From Chiloscyllium plagiosum (lineage: Eukaryota): a stretch of 59,214 nt of DNA. The notes below the pieces were generated by a model that saw nothing but the letters and a program-made list of their open reading frames with translations, was not told where the DNA came from and made no database searches. The stretch covers positions 5,968,150-6,027,363 of the forward strand of contig NC_057758.1 in NCBI RefSeq assembly GCF_004010195.1, written 5' to 3'. The position numbers and the translations under genes are program-made. Of this stretch, positions 24,142-38,472 are shown one piece after another (the stretch's first letter is position 1; each line of letters opens with the position of its first letter).

Positions 24142-24780
24142 GTGATGATCCAGCTCATTTTACAATATTATATTCTCCTAGTCTTTTTTTTTCAAAATGA
24201 CTTGGAAAATGTGGTGGTTCCAATTTGTTTGTGTTCAGGGAACTTTGATTGTGGCTAACAGGAACTACCCTTGTCAAACATAAGGAAAAACGTTAATTTT
24301 TTTAAAAAAACACGCTTATACACAGAAAAATCAAGCCTCCGAGTTCTCGCATTTTTCTAGTTTCATTCAGTTTTCTCTGGGGCACCAAACAAGCTGCTGG
24401 AAATAAGGAGATTCCTTATCTCAGCTAAGGATCATTGTTTGATCCTCTCTGTAACCTCTCTCTCCTGTAAGAATCTGTCTTGTATTTCACTTTTTTTGCC
24501 AAGGCGATTGTTTATTGAATTTGGCAGGAAATCAGAACAGCCGTTCGTTATGTTGCGGGAGATGTTGTGTTGGTAGTCTTCACAAATTGCTGTTATTCTA
24601 AATTCTGCTTTCTTTTGCTTGTTTTCATTCGGTAATCTGTAAATAAATTCTGTTCTGCTTCAAACTGAGTGGTTTTCCCAGTGTCTGGAATATTCACCTT
24701 ATTTTTGTTTAAAAGTACTGGAAATGTTCGGGTTTGGGCTACGTTCTTGAAATACTTTGAGGTGTCTGGCCTCGTCAACA
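24142..24780 (+). mobile_element. Probable LTR (Gypsy type), solitary or 3' LTR remnant
   Basis: Starts TGTG and ends AACA, has an internal AATAAA, and its 3' third resembles the LTR at 56889-57545. It is preceded by purine-rich aaggaggtag. No clear target-site duplication. Confidence 0.55.
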
Positions 24781-25699
24781 ACAATTGCCTCGTTCAAATC
24801 CTTTGACTTTATTGAAAGGCAAGTGGAAGATGGTGTGTTCAAATTCCGATTCGATTTGTCTAACAGTAAGCTGTAAAAGAACCATCATTTGCTCTCGTGA
24901 CAGAGTTAGAATACAATAAAAAAGATGGATTTTATACTTTTTACTCAATTCAAATACCAACAATGCACTTTTAAAGATTAAACATCCAGTGTTTTAATGT
25001 AGACAGTATAGCATAACCAGACCTTTGACAAGGCAATTTAGCAAAGCAACCAGATACTGTCCCTCTCCAGTACAGAAGATAGAAACAATCAGCCCCCTTT
25101 CATGGTTAAGTCGAGGCCTCGCTATCTAAGGTATTCCTCCAGCAGAGAATGCCCTCTTGCAGTTGAACAGCAGCAAAATCATTCACAATAACTGAAAACC
25201 AACTCATAACTTAATTTTCTAATCTGGGGATATAAACAAAAAACACTGACCCTCCATTCCATTCACGTAGTTAATAAATTTGGAGTATTCGACGAGGTTC
25301 AAGAGGAAATAAACCAAGGTTGTCCAATTTCTCTTCATCCTGAATACGCTTCTTACTCATGTGTAATTTTAAAGAAAAAAACACCCAGGGATAACTCCTG
25401 GTTGTTTACCAAATAAAGATCTGAAGCCAATAATCCAAAGCCACTGTGTTAAGACCTATCCGCAACAGCAACAGGGAAGAATGCATCTCTCTTAAACTCA
25501 CAGTACAGTCACATACACAATGACCCTCGAGTCATTGTACCTACAAAAATGAAACTCGGTCTTCTACATGTCTTCTATGTCGGCTTCAAAGAAAAGTTTA
25601 AATTTTCTGGAATGATTGAGAAATGTAAGTCTATTAGTTTGAGTTAATTACTCACTCAAGGCTGCCTCCCAGATGCCAAGAAATGGGATGTCTCTGATA

Positions 25700-28600
25700 T
25701 AGGCTACAAGATTCTAAAAGAGCTTTGTGAGCAGGCAGAAGTCGTGATGTTCGTTGGCATCAGGGACAAAGCTCGGAAATGGGATGAGGATCTAAAAGTT
25801 GATTTGGCAAGTTAGGTTGGAAGCTAAATAAGAGGACGAGTAGAATAGTTATCTCAGGATAACTACCGGTGACACGTGCTATTAAGGCGAGGAACAGGAA
25901 GCGAGTGTAAATACACACATGATTACAGCGCTGGTGCAGGAGGGAGGGCTTGAGTTACGTTGTTCATTGGGGTGCCTTCTGTAAAAGGTGACGCCTGAAC
26001 ACGAATGACGGGTTGCCCTTGAACGGAAGGGTAAACAATATCCTGGGCAAGATGTTTGCTGCAGCACTTCGTGTGAGTTTAAATTAGTTTATCAGGGGGA
26101 TGGTATTGGAGCTACATATCACAGGAGAGGATACTTGTTCAACGGGCAGGAATAGAATGCAGAAAGTCTGTCAGGAAGAATGCAGAATTGATAAGACAAA
26201 GAGCTGGATTATAGTGAGTATGTTTCAATGCAATGTGTGTCGGGAATAACAGTAAGGCATTTAGAGCATGGATCAAGACTTGGAAATACGATGTTGTGGC
26301 CATAACAGAACCTTCGATTTCACAGGGCAAGAATGGTTGCTGGATGCTCCAGGGTTTAGATATTTTAAAAAGAACAGGGAGGGGTGTAAAAGAGATAGAG
26401 GAGTAGCATTAATAATTAGAGTGTGCATCACAGCTGCAGAAAAGTAGTTTGTTGAGGAGATATAGTTGAAAGATTCGCATTGGTGGAGGTGTGTTACAGC
26501 AAAAGAGCAGTCACTTTATAAAGTATTATCTACAGATTTCCAAAAGCAGAAGTGCGACAGAAGTACAGATTGGACCGCAGGTCTTGGGAAGGTGCAGATG
26601 TAACAGTTATTGTTATGGCAATTCAACTTCTCAAATTTTCATTGGAATCTCCTTAATGAAGATGATCGAGATGGAGTCAATTTTGTCAAGTGCGTCCAGG
26701 AAGGAATCTTGACTCAATCTGTAGGTCGACCAAGTGGAGGGAAGCCATATTGGATTTGGTTCTCAACAACGAGCCAGGTCAGGTCTCAGGTCTCCCGTTG
26801 GGAACGCATTTAATGTGACAGTGACCAAAACTGCCTCACCTCTACCATAGCCATGGAGAGAGCAACGAGCAGACAGTATGGAATGTCATTTAATTGTAGT
26901 AAGGGAAACTTATACTCCGGTTAGACAGACGCTGTGGAGTAGAAATTAGGATTAAGTATTCTACGGGAAATGCACAACAGAAATGTGGAGGCAGTTTAAG
27001 GAACACTTGTGAGTGTAGAACAAATTTTCCCACTGTGACGGGCAAGGAATTGAAAGATGTAGGAGCCTTGGTCAAGAGGATGGAGGAGCTTACTTAATGT
27101 TGAGGAACATAGCTCTGACAAAGCTTTAGCGTTTCATAAGGTACCTCGCAATTAACTCAGAAATGGACAGAGGAGATCTCGGAGGAGGCAGAAAAAAGTC
27201 TTGCAACGAAGGTTAGGGCAAACCAAAGGCATTCTAAAATTAGGTGAGGAAAAAGAGAATGATCAGAGATAATGTAGGGCTGATCAGGAACAATAGAGAG
27301 AACTTGTGCCTGGGATATCATGTTAAGCGGAAATAGAAGGCTTATGTGAAGTTGAGACGAGGAGACACAATCGCAGCGTTTCAGAGTTACAAGATAGCCA
27401 GCAAGGACCTAAAGAGAGAGCTCAGAAGAGCAAGGAGAGCACATCAGATGTCTTTGTAGGGTAGAATCAAGGGAACCCTTGAAGCTTTCTATAGGTATGT
27501 CAGGAATAAAATAATGACTAGAATAAGTTGAAGACCAGTCATGGGCACGAGTGGAAAGTTTTATGTGGCAAAGCGCTAAATGAATATTCTTTTGTCAGTA
27601 TTCACATTGGAAAAGGACAACGTTGCAGAGGAGCACACTGAGGTACAGAGTATTATAATAGGCAGGATTGAGGTTCACAAGGAGGAGATGTTAGCAATTC
27701 TGGAAACTGTGAAAATAGATACATCTCGGGGGGAAATCGGATTCATCATCAGATTCTCTGGGAAGCTTGGGAGGAGGTTGTAGATTCTTTGGCTTGGACC
27801 TTGATGTTGTAACTGTCTACGGGAATGGTGTTGGAAGATTGGAGGACAGCAAATGTTGCCTCCTCTTTCAATAAGAGGAGTAGGGAAAATCTGGTAATTA
27901 CACACCAGTGTGTCTTATATGAGATGTGAGTAATGATTTGGAAAGAATGTGAATTATTATCATCTAGAAATGAATAATTTGTGTAGGGATGGTCAACACG
28001 GTTTTGTGAAGAGTAGGTTCGTGCTTCACATGTCTTATTATGTTCTTTGAGAAGATGAAGAAACAGGTCGATGAGAGTAAATTGTTTGAGCGGGCGTATA
28101 TGGAATTCAGTAAAGTGTTTGATAACTTTATACACAGCAGGCTACTGGAGAAACAAACAGGTCTGAGGGTGAGTTCGCGGTTTGGATCAAAAATTGGCGA
28201 GCTGAAAGAAGACAGAGGATGATGTTTGATGGGAAATATTCGTCTGGTCATCTGTCCCTCGTGGTGTACCGTACATATCTGTTTTGGGTGCACGACCGTT
28301 TGTCATTTTTGCAAAGTGACCTGTATGAGTAGTTAGAAGGGTGGTTTAATAAGCTTGCAGATGAAACTGATGTCGGTAGATTTGTGGATATTGCTGAAGC
28401 ATTCTGCAGGATATATCGCGACATGGATAAGTAGCCGAGTTGGGCTGAGAGGTGACAAATTGAGTTGAGCTCAGAAAATTGTGAGTTGATTCACTTTGTA
28501 ATGATTAACAGGAATGAGGAGTACTGGGATAACGGTACAATTCTTGGAAGTGTGGATATGCAGATAGATCTCGGTGTCCATGTGTATAGATTCCTGAAAC

Positions 28601-29070
28601 TTGCCACCGCGGTTGGTAGGGGTGTGAAGAAGACAAACGGTGAATTAGCTTTAATTGGTAGGGGGATTCAGTTTCGGAGATATGAGGTAATGTTGCATCT
28701 GTACAAAACTCTGGTGCAGCCGCACTTGGAGTATTGCTTAAAGTTCTGGTCACCACATTACAGGAAGGAAGTGGAAGCGTTGGAAAGGGTGCAGAGGGAA
28801 TTTACCAGGGTGTTGCTTGGTCTGGAGAGAAGGTCCAGTGAAAAAAGGTTGAGCGACGTTTAGGCTGTTTTCGTTTGGAATGAACAAGCTTGAGAGATGA
28901 CATAATAGAGACGTATAATATGATCAGAGTAGTAGGTAGGGTTCACAGTGAGAGCCTTCTTCCGCAGATGGTAATGTGTAGCATGAGGAAACATAGCTTT
29001 AAATCAACGGGAGATGGAAATGGAAATAGATGTACGAGGTATTTTTTTTAAACTCCGAGAGTTGTAATGG
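25700..29070 (+). mobile_element. CR1/HER1-like LINE remnants (probably two adjacent copies joined near 27315)
   Basis: Endonuclease motifs (CFNA..V.NNS..LRAWI..WKYDVVAITE) and RT motifs (YMEFSKVFDN, LYKTLVQPHLEYCLKFWSPHYRKEVEALERVQREFTR). The segment 27080-27310 recurs in diverged form at about 27320-27570. Confidence 0.9.
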
Positions 29071-29079
29071 CTTGTCGGC

Positions 29080-30030
29080 TCTTTAGGACCTTTATTTTTC
29101 TGCTCCTTCTCCATTTATGTATCTGTCTCGACACATCTTAAATGACATTATCATGTTTACCTCTACCAACTCTGCTGGCAAAGCATTCCAGGCACCCACC
29201 ACGTGATGTGTAAAGAAAGTTCCATGCATATCTCCATTAAACTTTCACGTCTCAAAATGAAATCGTAACCTTTCCTAATGGAGCTCCCTCCTCTGGGAAA
29301 CAACTTCATGCTATCCACCCTGTCTATATCTCTCATGATTTTGTACACGTCAGTAAGGTCCCCCCCTCAACATCCGTGTTTCTAATGAACATGGTTTTAA
29401 ACTACTCAGCATCTCTTCATAGATAGCGCCCTCTATACCACGAAATATCCTGTTGAACCTTCTCTGCAACTTCTGAAATGCATCCACGTCGTTTTGGTAA
29501 TGTGGCGTTCAGAACGCAGTGTTCAATTTGAGGCTGAACTGAAGCCTATGCAGCTGTAACATAACGTGTCAACTCTTGAACAGAGTACCCCGACCAATGA
29601 AGGAAATCTTGCCACTCCATCGACCGGCATTGCCACCTTCAGGTTATAATGGACCTGAGCATCCAGATCTCTCGGTCAATTTCCAATAGAGCTTTTCCAT
29701 TTACCGTATAGTTCACTCTTGAATTGGATCTTACAGAGTGCATCACCTCGCATATGCCTGGATTGAAATTCATCTGCTATTTCTCTGTCGAACTCTCCTA
29801 TTTATCTATATTCTGCTGCATTCTCTGACAGTCCACTTCACTAAATGCTACATCACCAATGTTCATGTCATCCGTAAACATGCTAATCAGACCAGTGCAC
29901 ATTCCTCCTAATCATTTATGTATATCACAAACAAAAATTTTACCGTCACGGATCCATGTGCAAGACGATATATCACCATTTTGAGATGCTTCTTTCCACT
30001 ATTACTCTCGCTGTCCTGCTGCGCAGCCAG
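29080..30030 (-). mobile_element. CR1-like LINE 3' portion
   Basis: ORF 29163-29348 'YKIMRDIDRVDSMKLFPRG'. Upstream RT motifs include 'LFVIYIND'. Confidence 0.9.
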
Positions 30031-30034
30031 CCTT

Positions 30035-31310
30035 GAACTGATTGATGTTATAAGTGTGGATATGCTGGAAATTCTGGGAAGCATCAAGATAGATAAATCC
30101 CTAGGACCGGACGAGATATATCCAAGGTTACTGTGGGAAGCCAGGAATGAGAATGCTGCTGTACTGGCGATAATACTTGTATTTTCACTCTCCACTGGAT
30201 CTGTGCTGGATAACTGGAGATGTGAATGTTGTTCTTCTTTTCAAGAAAGGGTATAGGAAAATCCCTGGGAATTACGGAACAGTCTGTGGTGAGCAACTTA
30301 CTGGCAAGGATTCCCAGAAATAGGATTTATGGCTATTTGGAAAAAAACACAGTTTGACGACAGACATTAAACATGACTTTGTTAGGAGCAGGCCATACCT
30401 CACAATCCTTATTGATTTCTCTGAGGAGATCATGAGACAAGTGGAAAAAGGCCGAGGGGGCGATGTGGTGTATTTCAGTAAGGCATTTGATAAGGTTTCC
30501 CACATTCGGCTCATTCAGGAAGTTAGGAGGTATAGGATGTCGGGAAATGTAGCTGTCTGGATACATAATTGGATGGCTGAACGAAGAGAGCGAGTGGTCG
30601 TGAATGGGAAGTATTCCGCAGGGATCTGTTCGTTGGCCTCTGCTCTTTGTCTCTTATACAAAATACTTGGATGGGGAAGTGGAAGTTTGAGTTAGTAAGT
30701 TCGCCGGTGACGCAAAGTTGGGTGGTGTTGCAGATAGTGTTTAAGTCTTTTGCAGGCTTAAACGAGTCATTGCTAGGATGCAAAGCTCGGCTGAGAAGTG
30801 GCATATGGAGTTCAACCTGGATAAATTCGATGCGATGCATGTGGAAGGTAGAATTGGAATGACGAATACAGGGTTAAAGACTGGGTTCTTGACACAGTGG
30901 AGGTACATACGGATCTTGGGGCCAAAGTACACAGATCCTCAAACTTGTCACTCAGTTTGATCAGATCTTTAAGAAGGCTTTTTTTTTGGCTTTCATGAAC
31001 AGAGAGAATTGAGTTTCCGAGCATCGAGGTTTAGCTGCAGCTCTATAAAAGCTTGAAAACACCACAATTAGAATATTGTGTTCTGTTCTGGTCACCTCAT
31101 CATAGTAAGGATGTATATGCTTCCGAAAGAGTGCAGAGGAGATTTTCCGGGATGCAGCCTGAATTGGAGGCCTTGTCTCATGAATAAAGTTTGAGTGAGC
31201 TAGGGATTTTCACAGAGGAGATAAAAGGAAGAGAGGTTGCTTTAAAGAGATGCACAAGGTAATGAGAGCAGAGAAAGCCAGAAACTTTTCCCCACGGCGG
31301 AAGTGGCTGA
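30035..31310 (+). mobile_element. CR1-like LINE RT region
   Basis: 'IKIDKSLGPDEIYPRLLWEAR', 'YFSKAFDKVSH', 'AEKWHMEFNLDK'. Confidence 0.9.
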
Positions 31311-31420
31311 CACGCAGAGAATGTGCAAACTCCACACAGTCAGTCGCCTGAGGCAGGAATTGAGCCCAGGTCTCTGGCGCTGTGAGGCAGCAGTGCTAAC
31401 CACTGTGCCACCGTGCCACC
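31310..31420 (-). mobile_element. HE1 SINE 5' (tRNA-like) fragment
   Basis: Reverse complement reads ggtggcacggtggcacagtggttagcactgctgcctcacagcgccagagacctgggctcaattcc. Confidence 0.85.
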
Positions 31421-31870
31421 CACACATTGAAGATTGAATGTATTCGCTCTTGGTGCTGTCCTCCCACTAACTGTTCAAAATGTCCGATTTTATCCCCAAA
31501 ACGTAGGATCATTTCATTGGTTTGATGTCATCAGAAACAGAAAAATTCAAATTCGATTGCATTTTGGTATCTGGGTCATAATTGAAACTAATGGCCTAAA
31601 TTTAATTTGTTTTTGTTTCATGGAAGTACATTGCAAGCTATTTGTGTCAACCAAATGTTACATGTTTAATTTTTTGGCACAATATTCGATTCTCGATTTC
31701 CTTGCCAGCTACCCCTCGCTCTTAAAGGTACGGCACACTTCATAACACATCATTTTGCCTCTATAGGGTCGTCTTCCTCTCTTGCCTGCTGTTAACATGT
31801 CTACCATTATGCCTCTGGAGCGGTACCATTGTATCTGCCTCCACAAACTTCTCTGGCTGGAAAATCCAGG

Positions 31871-31967
<97 letters not shown>

Positions 31968-31975
31968 ATGTGTGT
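31871..31975. repeat. (TG)n microsatellite, about 100 bp
   Basis: Seen directly. Confidence 0.95.
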
Positions 31976-33749
31976 ATTCTGCTGTGTTAAAAAAAAGCAG
32001 CTGAGGTCTACTTAAACTTACCTTTTCTTCATTAAAAATGTGCCAGCTCGTAGTTGACATTGCTAACATTGTTTAAGAAAAGCAATGATTATCCATTCCA
32101 CTCACGTAGTTAATAATTAAGTATTTTTCTGTCAGGTTACCACTGATTTTTCAACAATCAATACCAAGCAAACCATGGTTGTCCAATATCCCTTCCTCAC
32201 GAATACCCTGCAGACCAGGTAACATCCTCGTAAAAGGTTTCTACACTCTTTCCAAAGTCACTTCTAATTATAGCCGAACTGAAATTGCGTACAATCCCCA
32301 CATGACGTGCGAAATATATACTCGATGCCGTGACAAATGAAGCAAGGATGACATGTTCCCTCTTTTTACCCCATTTAATTCCTCCTGCCAAATTCAAAGA
32401 AGTGTGGATCTGCCTGCCTCGATACATCTGCATTTTGTTAATAAGGGTTCTGCGATATCGTTTATTTATCAGAGATCACATTTTTCTCCACATTTTAACT
32501 TCATTTTATTTCACGCAATCCAGTAAAGTTTAGGTAAATATGCACAGGGTATTGCTCTATATATTTGGCAACACAAACAAAAATTGTCAAAAAAAATCTG
32601 GTCGTGAACAGGAAAAAAGAAATATGCCCAAAGTTCAGATTGAAAATGGGGAGATGACATTGAAGACTGCAGATGCAGGAGATCAATACTTAAAACAGAT
32701 TGCATGTTTTCTGAAGCAGAATGCCCCGGGTAGAGCCAAATTAACGATCCAGGGAGGGCAGTGGTGGAGGAGAGAGTCCTCTAACATTTTTCTGACTTGT
32801 TGCTGGCCGCTCACGTGGGGGTTACTTGAAAAGTGTGCTTTAAAGAGGAGCGTGAGTTGCGACGAAATCAGGGCAAGTAAAGACATTGGTTTACTGAGTC
32901 TGGTATTGTCAGCGGGACATATATATTAGACGCAGTTGAGTCGAATTCTCATCGTGTCATATGTGGTAGATAAGGCAGCAATCGAGTGGCGCTGGCTTCT
33001 ATGACTCCAGGAAATTTGTCCATTTGCAGCTTTTCTCAAGCTGGTTGAACCTACAGATAGACATGCTGGGTTGAACATGCAGCAGGTTGAACCTACAGAT
33101 GGACATGAGGGGAAGACAGGAGGCAGCAGCATAACAGATAATAGATTCAGCCACGTGTTCACATCACAAGTTCAATGAGGTAGATTATTAATTCATGTTA
33201 GGGATATGGCCCTATTTATTGCCCATCCCAAGATGCACTTTACAGGATGGTGGTCGGTTGCCATTTTAAAATGTTGCAATCCTTAAGCTATAGGTTCACC
33301 AACAATGCTATCAAGGCGAGAATTCCTGGATGACTGCCACAATAGGTAGGCAGGTAATGTGGGCGTCTTCCCCTCTCATTACAGCATTTTAGATATCGGT
33401 GAATATAGGTTGTCTCAGGGGAAAATAGCACGAACAGCCAGTTTTTGGAGCTGTGCCTGGCTCTGTTGTAAAGAAGACTGTGAGAGAGTATAAGCAAACA
33501 ATTGTGATAGGTGACAGACTTGGGCACAAACAGGAATTAATGTTGGGGACGAGTAAGTCTTCACGATGATGTGTTGTTTCCCTGGTGCCAGGTTAAACAT
33601 TTCGAAAACAGTTTCTGTAAATTTTCAAAGGGGAGCATTAGCAACCAGAGGTCATTGCACAATTGGTCCAAATGGCGACGGTATATCATCGCCTTCGAGG
33701 ACGGGAATGACTGGTGTTCACACTCTGACTGAGTCTAGGCGTGGCTGTA

Positions 33750-34830
33750 CAGATGTCTACAGATCTGTTACACCTGGGCATTCTTCTTCCATTTTGGTTA
33801 GTATTTACCAATCGTTGAAAAGTGTCTATGAGAATACTGCATTTCACCAGCCAGACCTTGAGTGTATGACTCAATCAGCTCCTCTGTCCATCTGGGGCTC
33901 GGACGCCATTTCACAACTGGGATTAGATACTAACTTGAGGAGTCTTATTTCGGTCACGTATCCAACCCGTTGTAGCTGACCAAGGGTGGTCAATGCCTCT
34001 ATGATGGTCAACGCGGCCTAATCGAGGAGACAGGTGTTCTTGTGGTTTTCTTCCCAGAAGATTGTCAGGATCTTGTGCATGCAGCATTGAGAGTCCAGTT
34101 CCAGAACCTTCCAATGTTTGCTCTGAACAGTCCACATCTCAGTACGATAGAAGACGAACGAAACAACCACAGCTCTGCAAATGATGATCTTGCTTTTGGA
34201 TCTCATGCTATTGTACTCCAACATCTGTTTTTTCAGGAGGTTGATATTTGCACTTGTACTGGTCCCCTTCATCGACAGGAAACTCCTGAGGTATTGGAAG
34301 TCGTCAAACTTCTTCAAAGCGGCCCCTCCATTTTGATGATCATGGTTTTACACCAATAATTTTGGAGGAGTACCTTTGACTTGCGAATGTTCAGAATGAA
34401 ACCAATGCTCTCATGGGCCTTATGATTTCACACCCACAAGCATCATCTGTATGTGGCAGCTTGATGGCATTGGTTGACAACATGGCCCAGACATACACAT
34501 GAATTGCACCACCGGACAGCTACAATCTACAAACGAATCTATTCAACTTTACAAAGGCCTTTGATACAGTCAAAATTAAGCATTATCTTTCACTCTGTTA
34601 GTTGTACAAGGAAGTTTGTCGCCATCCTTTGCTTGCTCCTCGATGACATGAAAGTGCTGGTAATGTCAAAAGCCACAATACCGACCAGTTACCCGCTCGG
34701 AACAGTATCAGTCAGGAATCAGTCAGAGCTCAACACTGTTCCTGATACGCTGGCTGCAATAATTGCACTCAGCAACGACAAGATTCCCACTGGACGGCTT
34801 AACTGACAGAACCATTGGGAAATCAGGTGG
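33750..34830 (-). mobile_element. RTE-clade LINE fragment with an inverted 5' segment (34510-34830 on +)
   Basis: Minus strand: 'KIIICRAVVVSFVFYRTEMWTV..KHWKVLE...CCMHKILTIFWEE' and 'PHTDDAC' (YADD-like). Plus strand: 'TKAFDTV...CTRKFVAILCLLLDDMK'. Confidence 0.75.
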
Positions 34831-35999
34831 CAGATGAATGCATTGTTGTTGAGCTAGTGGAGGTGGCAGGTTTTCAGATTTTTTGGATCTTTTGAATTGT
34901 TCTGGAGCAGAGGTGAACTTTAGAGGGGGACAATTTTCTTGGCGGGGAGATTTGCAGGAGCCTCACTGTAGGGGTTACACTAGTCGAGTAGTGAGGTGGG
35001 TACAGCATCAAAAGATGAAAGAAAGATTCAGTATGGTACAGAACTTAGATACAGTAAGTTAACTGGACAAGGAAGGGAAGAGTATGCAAGGGAACAAGGA
35101 AAGTGTATGAATTAAACTGCATTTTGTTTCAATGCACGTGGCCTGATAGGTAAGGTGGATGAACTCAGCGCACAGATGTGTACATACGACTGGGATGGTG
35201 TAGCTACTATCTAAACATGGTTGACGGCAGGACAAGACTGCCAACTCAATGATCCAGGCTACATAAAATGATATGCTTTACAAATGATTTCTTCAAATCA
35301 GGCTATTACAGCTGATCTGTTAAACTTCAATTGGACTTGATAATGAACAAATTAAATGGAAAACTATGGAAAAGAAGATCAAATGCAAAAATAGCCTGTT
35401 TTGTTTTTATTGAAAAGGAAGAACGTATCAGTGGGAACTATTTTTAGGAGCCGTTACAAAGGTCGACCTGAACATATCGTTTTAATGTAATGGAGTTTTG
35501 GAAAAGTTCTTCAAGTACGATGGGAACGCTGAAAAAAATCATGGAATCGTTGATTCAGAATGGGATTATGGTTGTGGTCTTTGTACTTATCAAGGGACTC
35601 CAGCTTGGACTGAGATTGTGAATGAAACCTGAGTTCTCCAGATGTGGAATTGGAAAGTGGTGCCCCCGCGGGCAGGAAGTAGTGAGACTCAATTTTGAGC
35701 ATTTTTGTAGAATTCCAGCACTCATTAGTTTGCATGTGTTGTTGATATCCTTAAGGAAGTTTGCTGCTTAATGTATATTCGCTACTATTTATATTTCTAC
35801 TGCGTGATGGATGCCCGTATATTTATCTCAATATATTAATTTGCTACTTAATGTATTCACCACACTTCATGTTTATCATATATAAAAAAACAGCAAAAAA
35901 TCCTAATTATTATCATTTAATTTGTAGAGTATTTTGCTACATTCCACCGTGTCCATTGTCGAATCGTATCATTTTTGCGCTGCAAACAGGTTTAGAAAA

Positions 36000-36499
36000 N
36001 NNNNNNNNNNNNNNNNNNNNNNNNNNNNNNNNNNNNNNNNNNNNNNNNNNNNNNNNNNNNNNNNNNNNNNNNNNNNNNNNNNNNNNNNNNNNNNNNNNNN
36101 NNNNNNNNNNNNNNNNNNNNNNNNNNNNNNNNNNNNNNNNNNNNNNNNNNNNNNNNNNNNNNNNNNNNNNNNNNNNNNNNNNNNNNNNNNNNNNNNNNNN
36201 NNNNNNNNNNNNNNNNNNNNNNNNNNNNNNNNNNNNNNNNNNNNNNNNNNNNNNNNNNNNNNNNNNNNNNNNNNNNNNNNNNNNNNNNNNNNNNNNNNNN
36301 NNNNNNNNNNNNNNNNNNNNNNNNNNNNNNNNNNNNNNNNNNNNNNNNNNNNNNNNNNNNNNNNNNNNNNNNNNNNNNNNNNNNNNNNNNNNNNNNNNNN
36401 NNNNNNNNNNNNNNNNNNNNNNNNNNNNNNNNNNNNNNNNNNNNNNNNNNNNNNNNNNNNNNNNNNNNNNNNNNNNNNNNNNNNNNNNNNNNNNNNNNN
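36000..36499. other. Assembly gap (N run)
   Basis: Seen directly. Confidence 1.
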
Positions 36500-37896
36500 T
36501 TCCTTCCTTCCTGCTGGTGGAAAATGAATGCACCTGTTGTTTTTCGTTGTGTCTCGCAACTGCACATGCAAAACCTGGGTGCTGGGGAAGAACTGAAATA
36601 AAAAATAAATTCAAAACCGATCATTCCTCACTTTGTACATCAGTCACTCCAGCCCAGGAATCTGCTTTGTAAGCCTTCGTTGCACTTTCTCACTTAAGGA
36701 GGCCAAAACTGGAGCAATATATTAACTAACATTGCTTTATATTCTATTATATCATGTTATATTATGAAATATTATGTTGTACCATATCAAGGTAAGTTTC
36801 CCACATTGCGATTTCCTTCATTGAACAGCACAATGCATCAGTGGTTCGCATTCCCGTCTCACAGCACCAGGGCTGAGGCTCTATTCCACAACTGCATGCT
36901 GGCTGTGCAGAGTTTGTACTTTCACCTCATCTCTGTTGGATTTCCTCTGATTTATCCAGTTGTCTCGCACATTCCAAAGATGTCGCAGTTTAGTTAAATT
37001 AGACTTGGTGAATCAAGGCTAAAAGGGGGAGGATGAGAATTTCATCTGGTCTTGAAGCTCTTTAGGGGGTCGACATGAATTCGATGGTTCTATATCATAA
37101 TATCTTTATATTCACAGTCTTTTACTGGTCATGTATTGACGGCATCAATCAGGTCACCTCTTCACCTTCTCAATTCCAGAAAATACAGGTCTCCTCAAAA
37201 GGTAACACACGAAGTCATCATTCATGTAAACCCATATTTTACTTGATCCAAGGCAAATTAAATCTTTGTAAGATCTGTTTCTCAGATCTGCTCACAGGAG
37301 AGAAATGGGGTGTAAACAGAGTGTTGTCAAATCGTAGCACAGCTTCTATGCCGTCATGCTCCTTTCCCTCAAGTTGAACACAATATTCTTTCAACAGCCT
37401 TGAACATTTTCTGCAAAATGTCGACTTCCAATCATGTTTACTTCCCTTCACTCCTTTCCACAATCTGTGGTATCGATCTCCTACCCGTGCTGAGCAAGCG
37501 AGTGACTGCTCCATTTGTAAAATATCAGATGGATTATTTGATAGTGGGAACAAACAAAACGTGCCAAGCTTTCTCCAGAGGCCAGGCTTAAGTTCTTGAA
37601 GGATATAGATTGGAATGGCATTGAGGCAGATGGAGTAGTTTGAACAGAGTAACATTCTGGAAGGAGTTGTTGGCGCATGGAGATCAACTGACGATCAATG
37701 TGGAAATCTTCAAAGATTCTCCGAATACCTGTGAATACATATATCTGTTACCATGTGACTCCAACCGACAACGTTGTGGTAACTACCCACCTGCACTGTC
37801 TCCACAAGTGATGCCTGACCCACGGCACTGTGGGTGCTACTGACCTGCTGTGGACTTATTTGCGAATCCACACCCATTTTACAATGGACTGCTCTT

Positions 37897-38472
37897 NNNN
37901 NNNNNNNNNNNNNNNNNNNNNNNNNNNNNNNNNNNNNNNNNNNNNNNNNNNNNNNNNNNNNNNNNNNNNNNNNNNNNNNNNNNNNNNNNNNNNNNNNNNN
38001 NNNNNNNNNNNNNNNNNNNNNNNNNNNNNNNNNNNNNNNNNNNNNNNNNNNNNNNNNNNNNNNNNNNNNNNNNNNNNNNNNNNNNNNNNNNNNNNNNNNN
38101 NNNNNNNNNNNNNNNNNNNNNNNNNNNNNNNNNNNNNNNNNNNNNNNNNNNNNNNNNNNNNNNNNNNNNNNNNNNNNNNNNNNNNNNNNNNNNNNNNNNN
38201 NNNNNNNNNNNNNNNNNNNNNNNNNNNNNNNNNNNNNNNNNNNNNNNNNNNNNNNNNNNNNNNNNNNNNNNNNNNNNNNNNNNNNNNNNNNNNNNNNNNN
38301 NNNNNNNNNNNNNNNNNNNNNNNNNNNNNNNNNNNNNNNNNNNNNNNNNNNNNNNNNNNNNNNNNNNNNNNNNNNNNNNNNNNNNNNNNNNNNNNNNNNN
38401 NNNNNNNNNNNNNNNNNNNNNNNNNNNNNNNNNNNNNNNNNNNNNNNNNNNNNNNNNNNNNNNNNNNNNNNN
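37897..38472. other. Assembly gap (N run)
   Basis: Seen directly. Confidence 1.
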
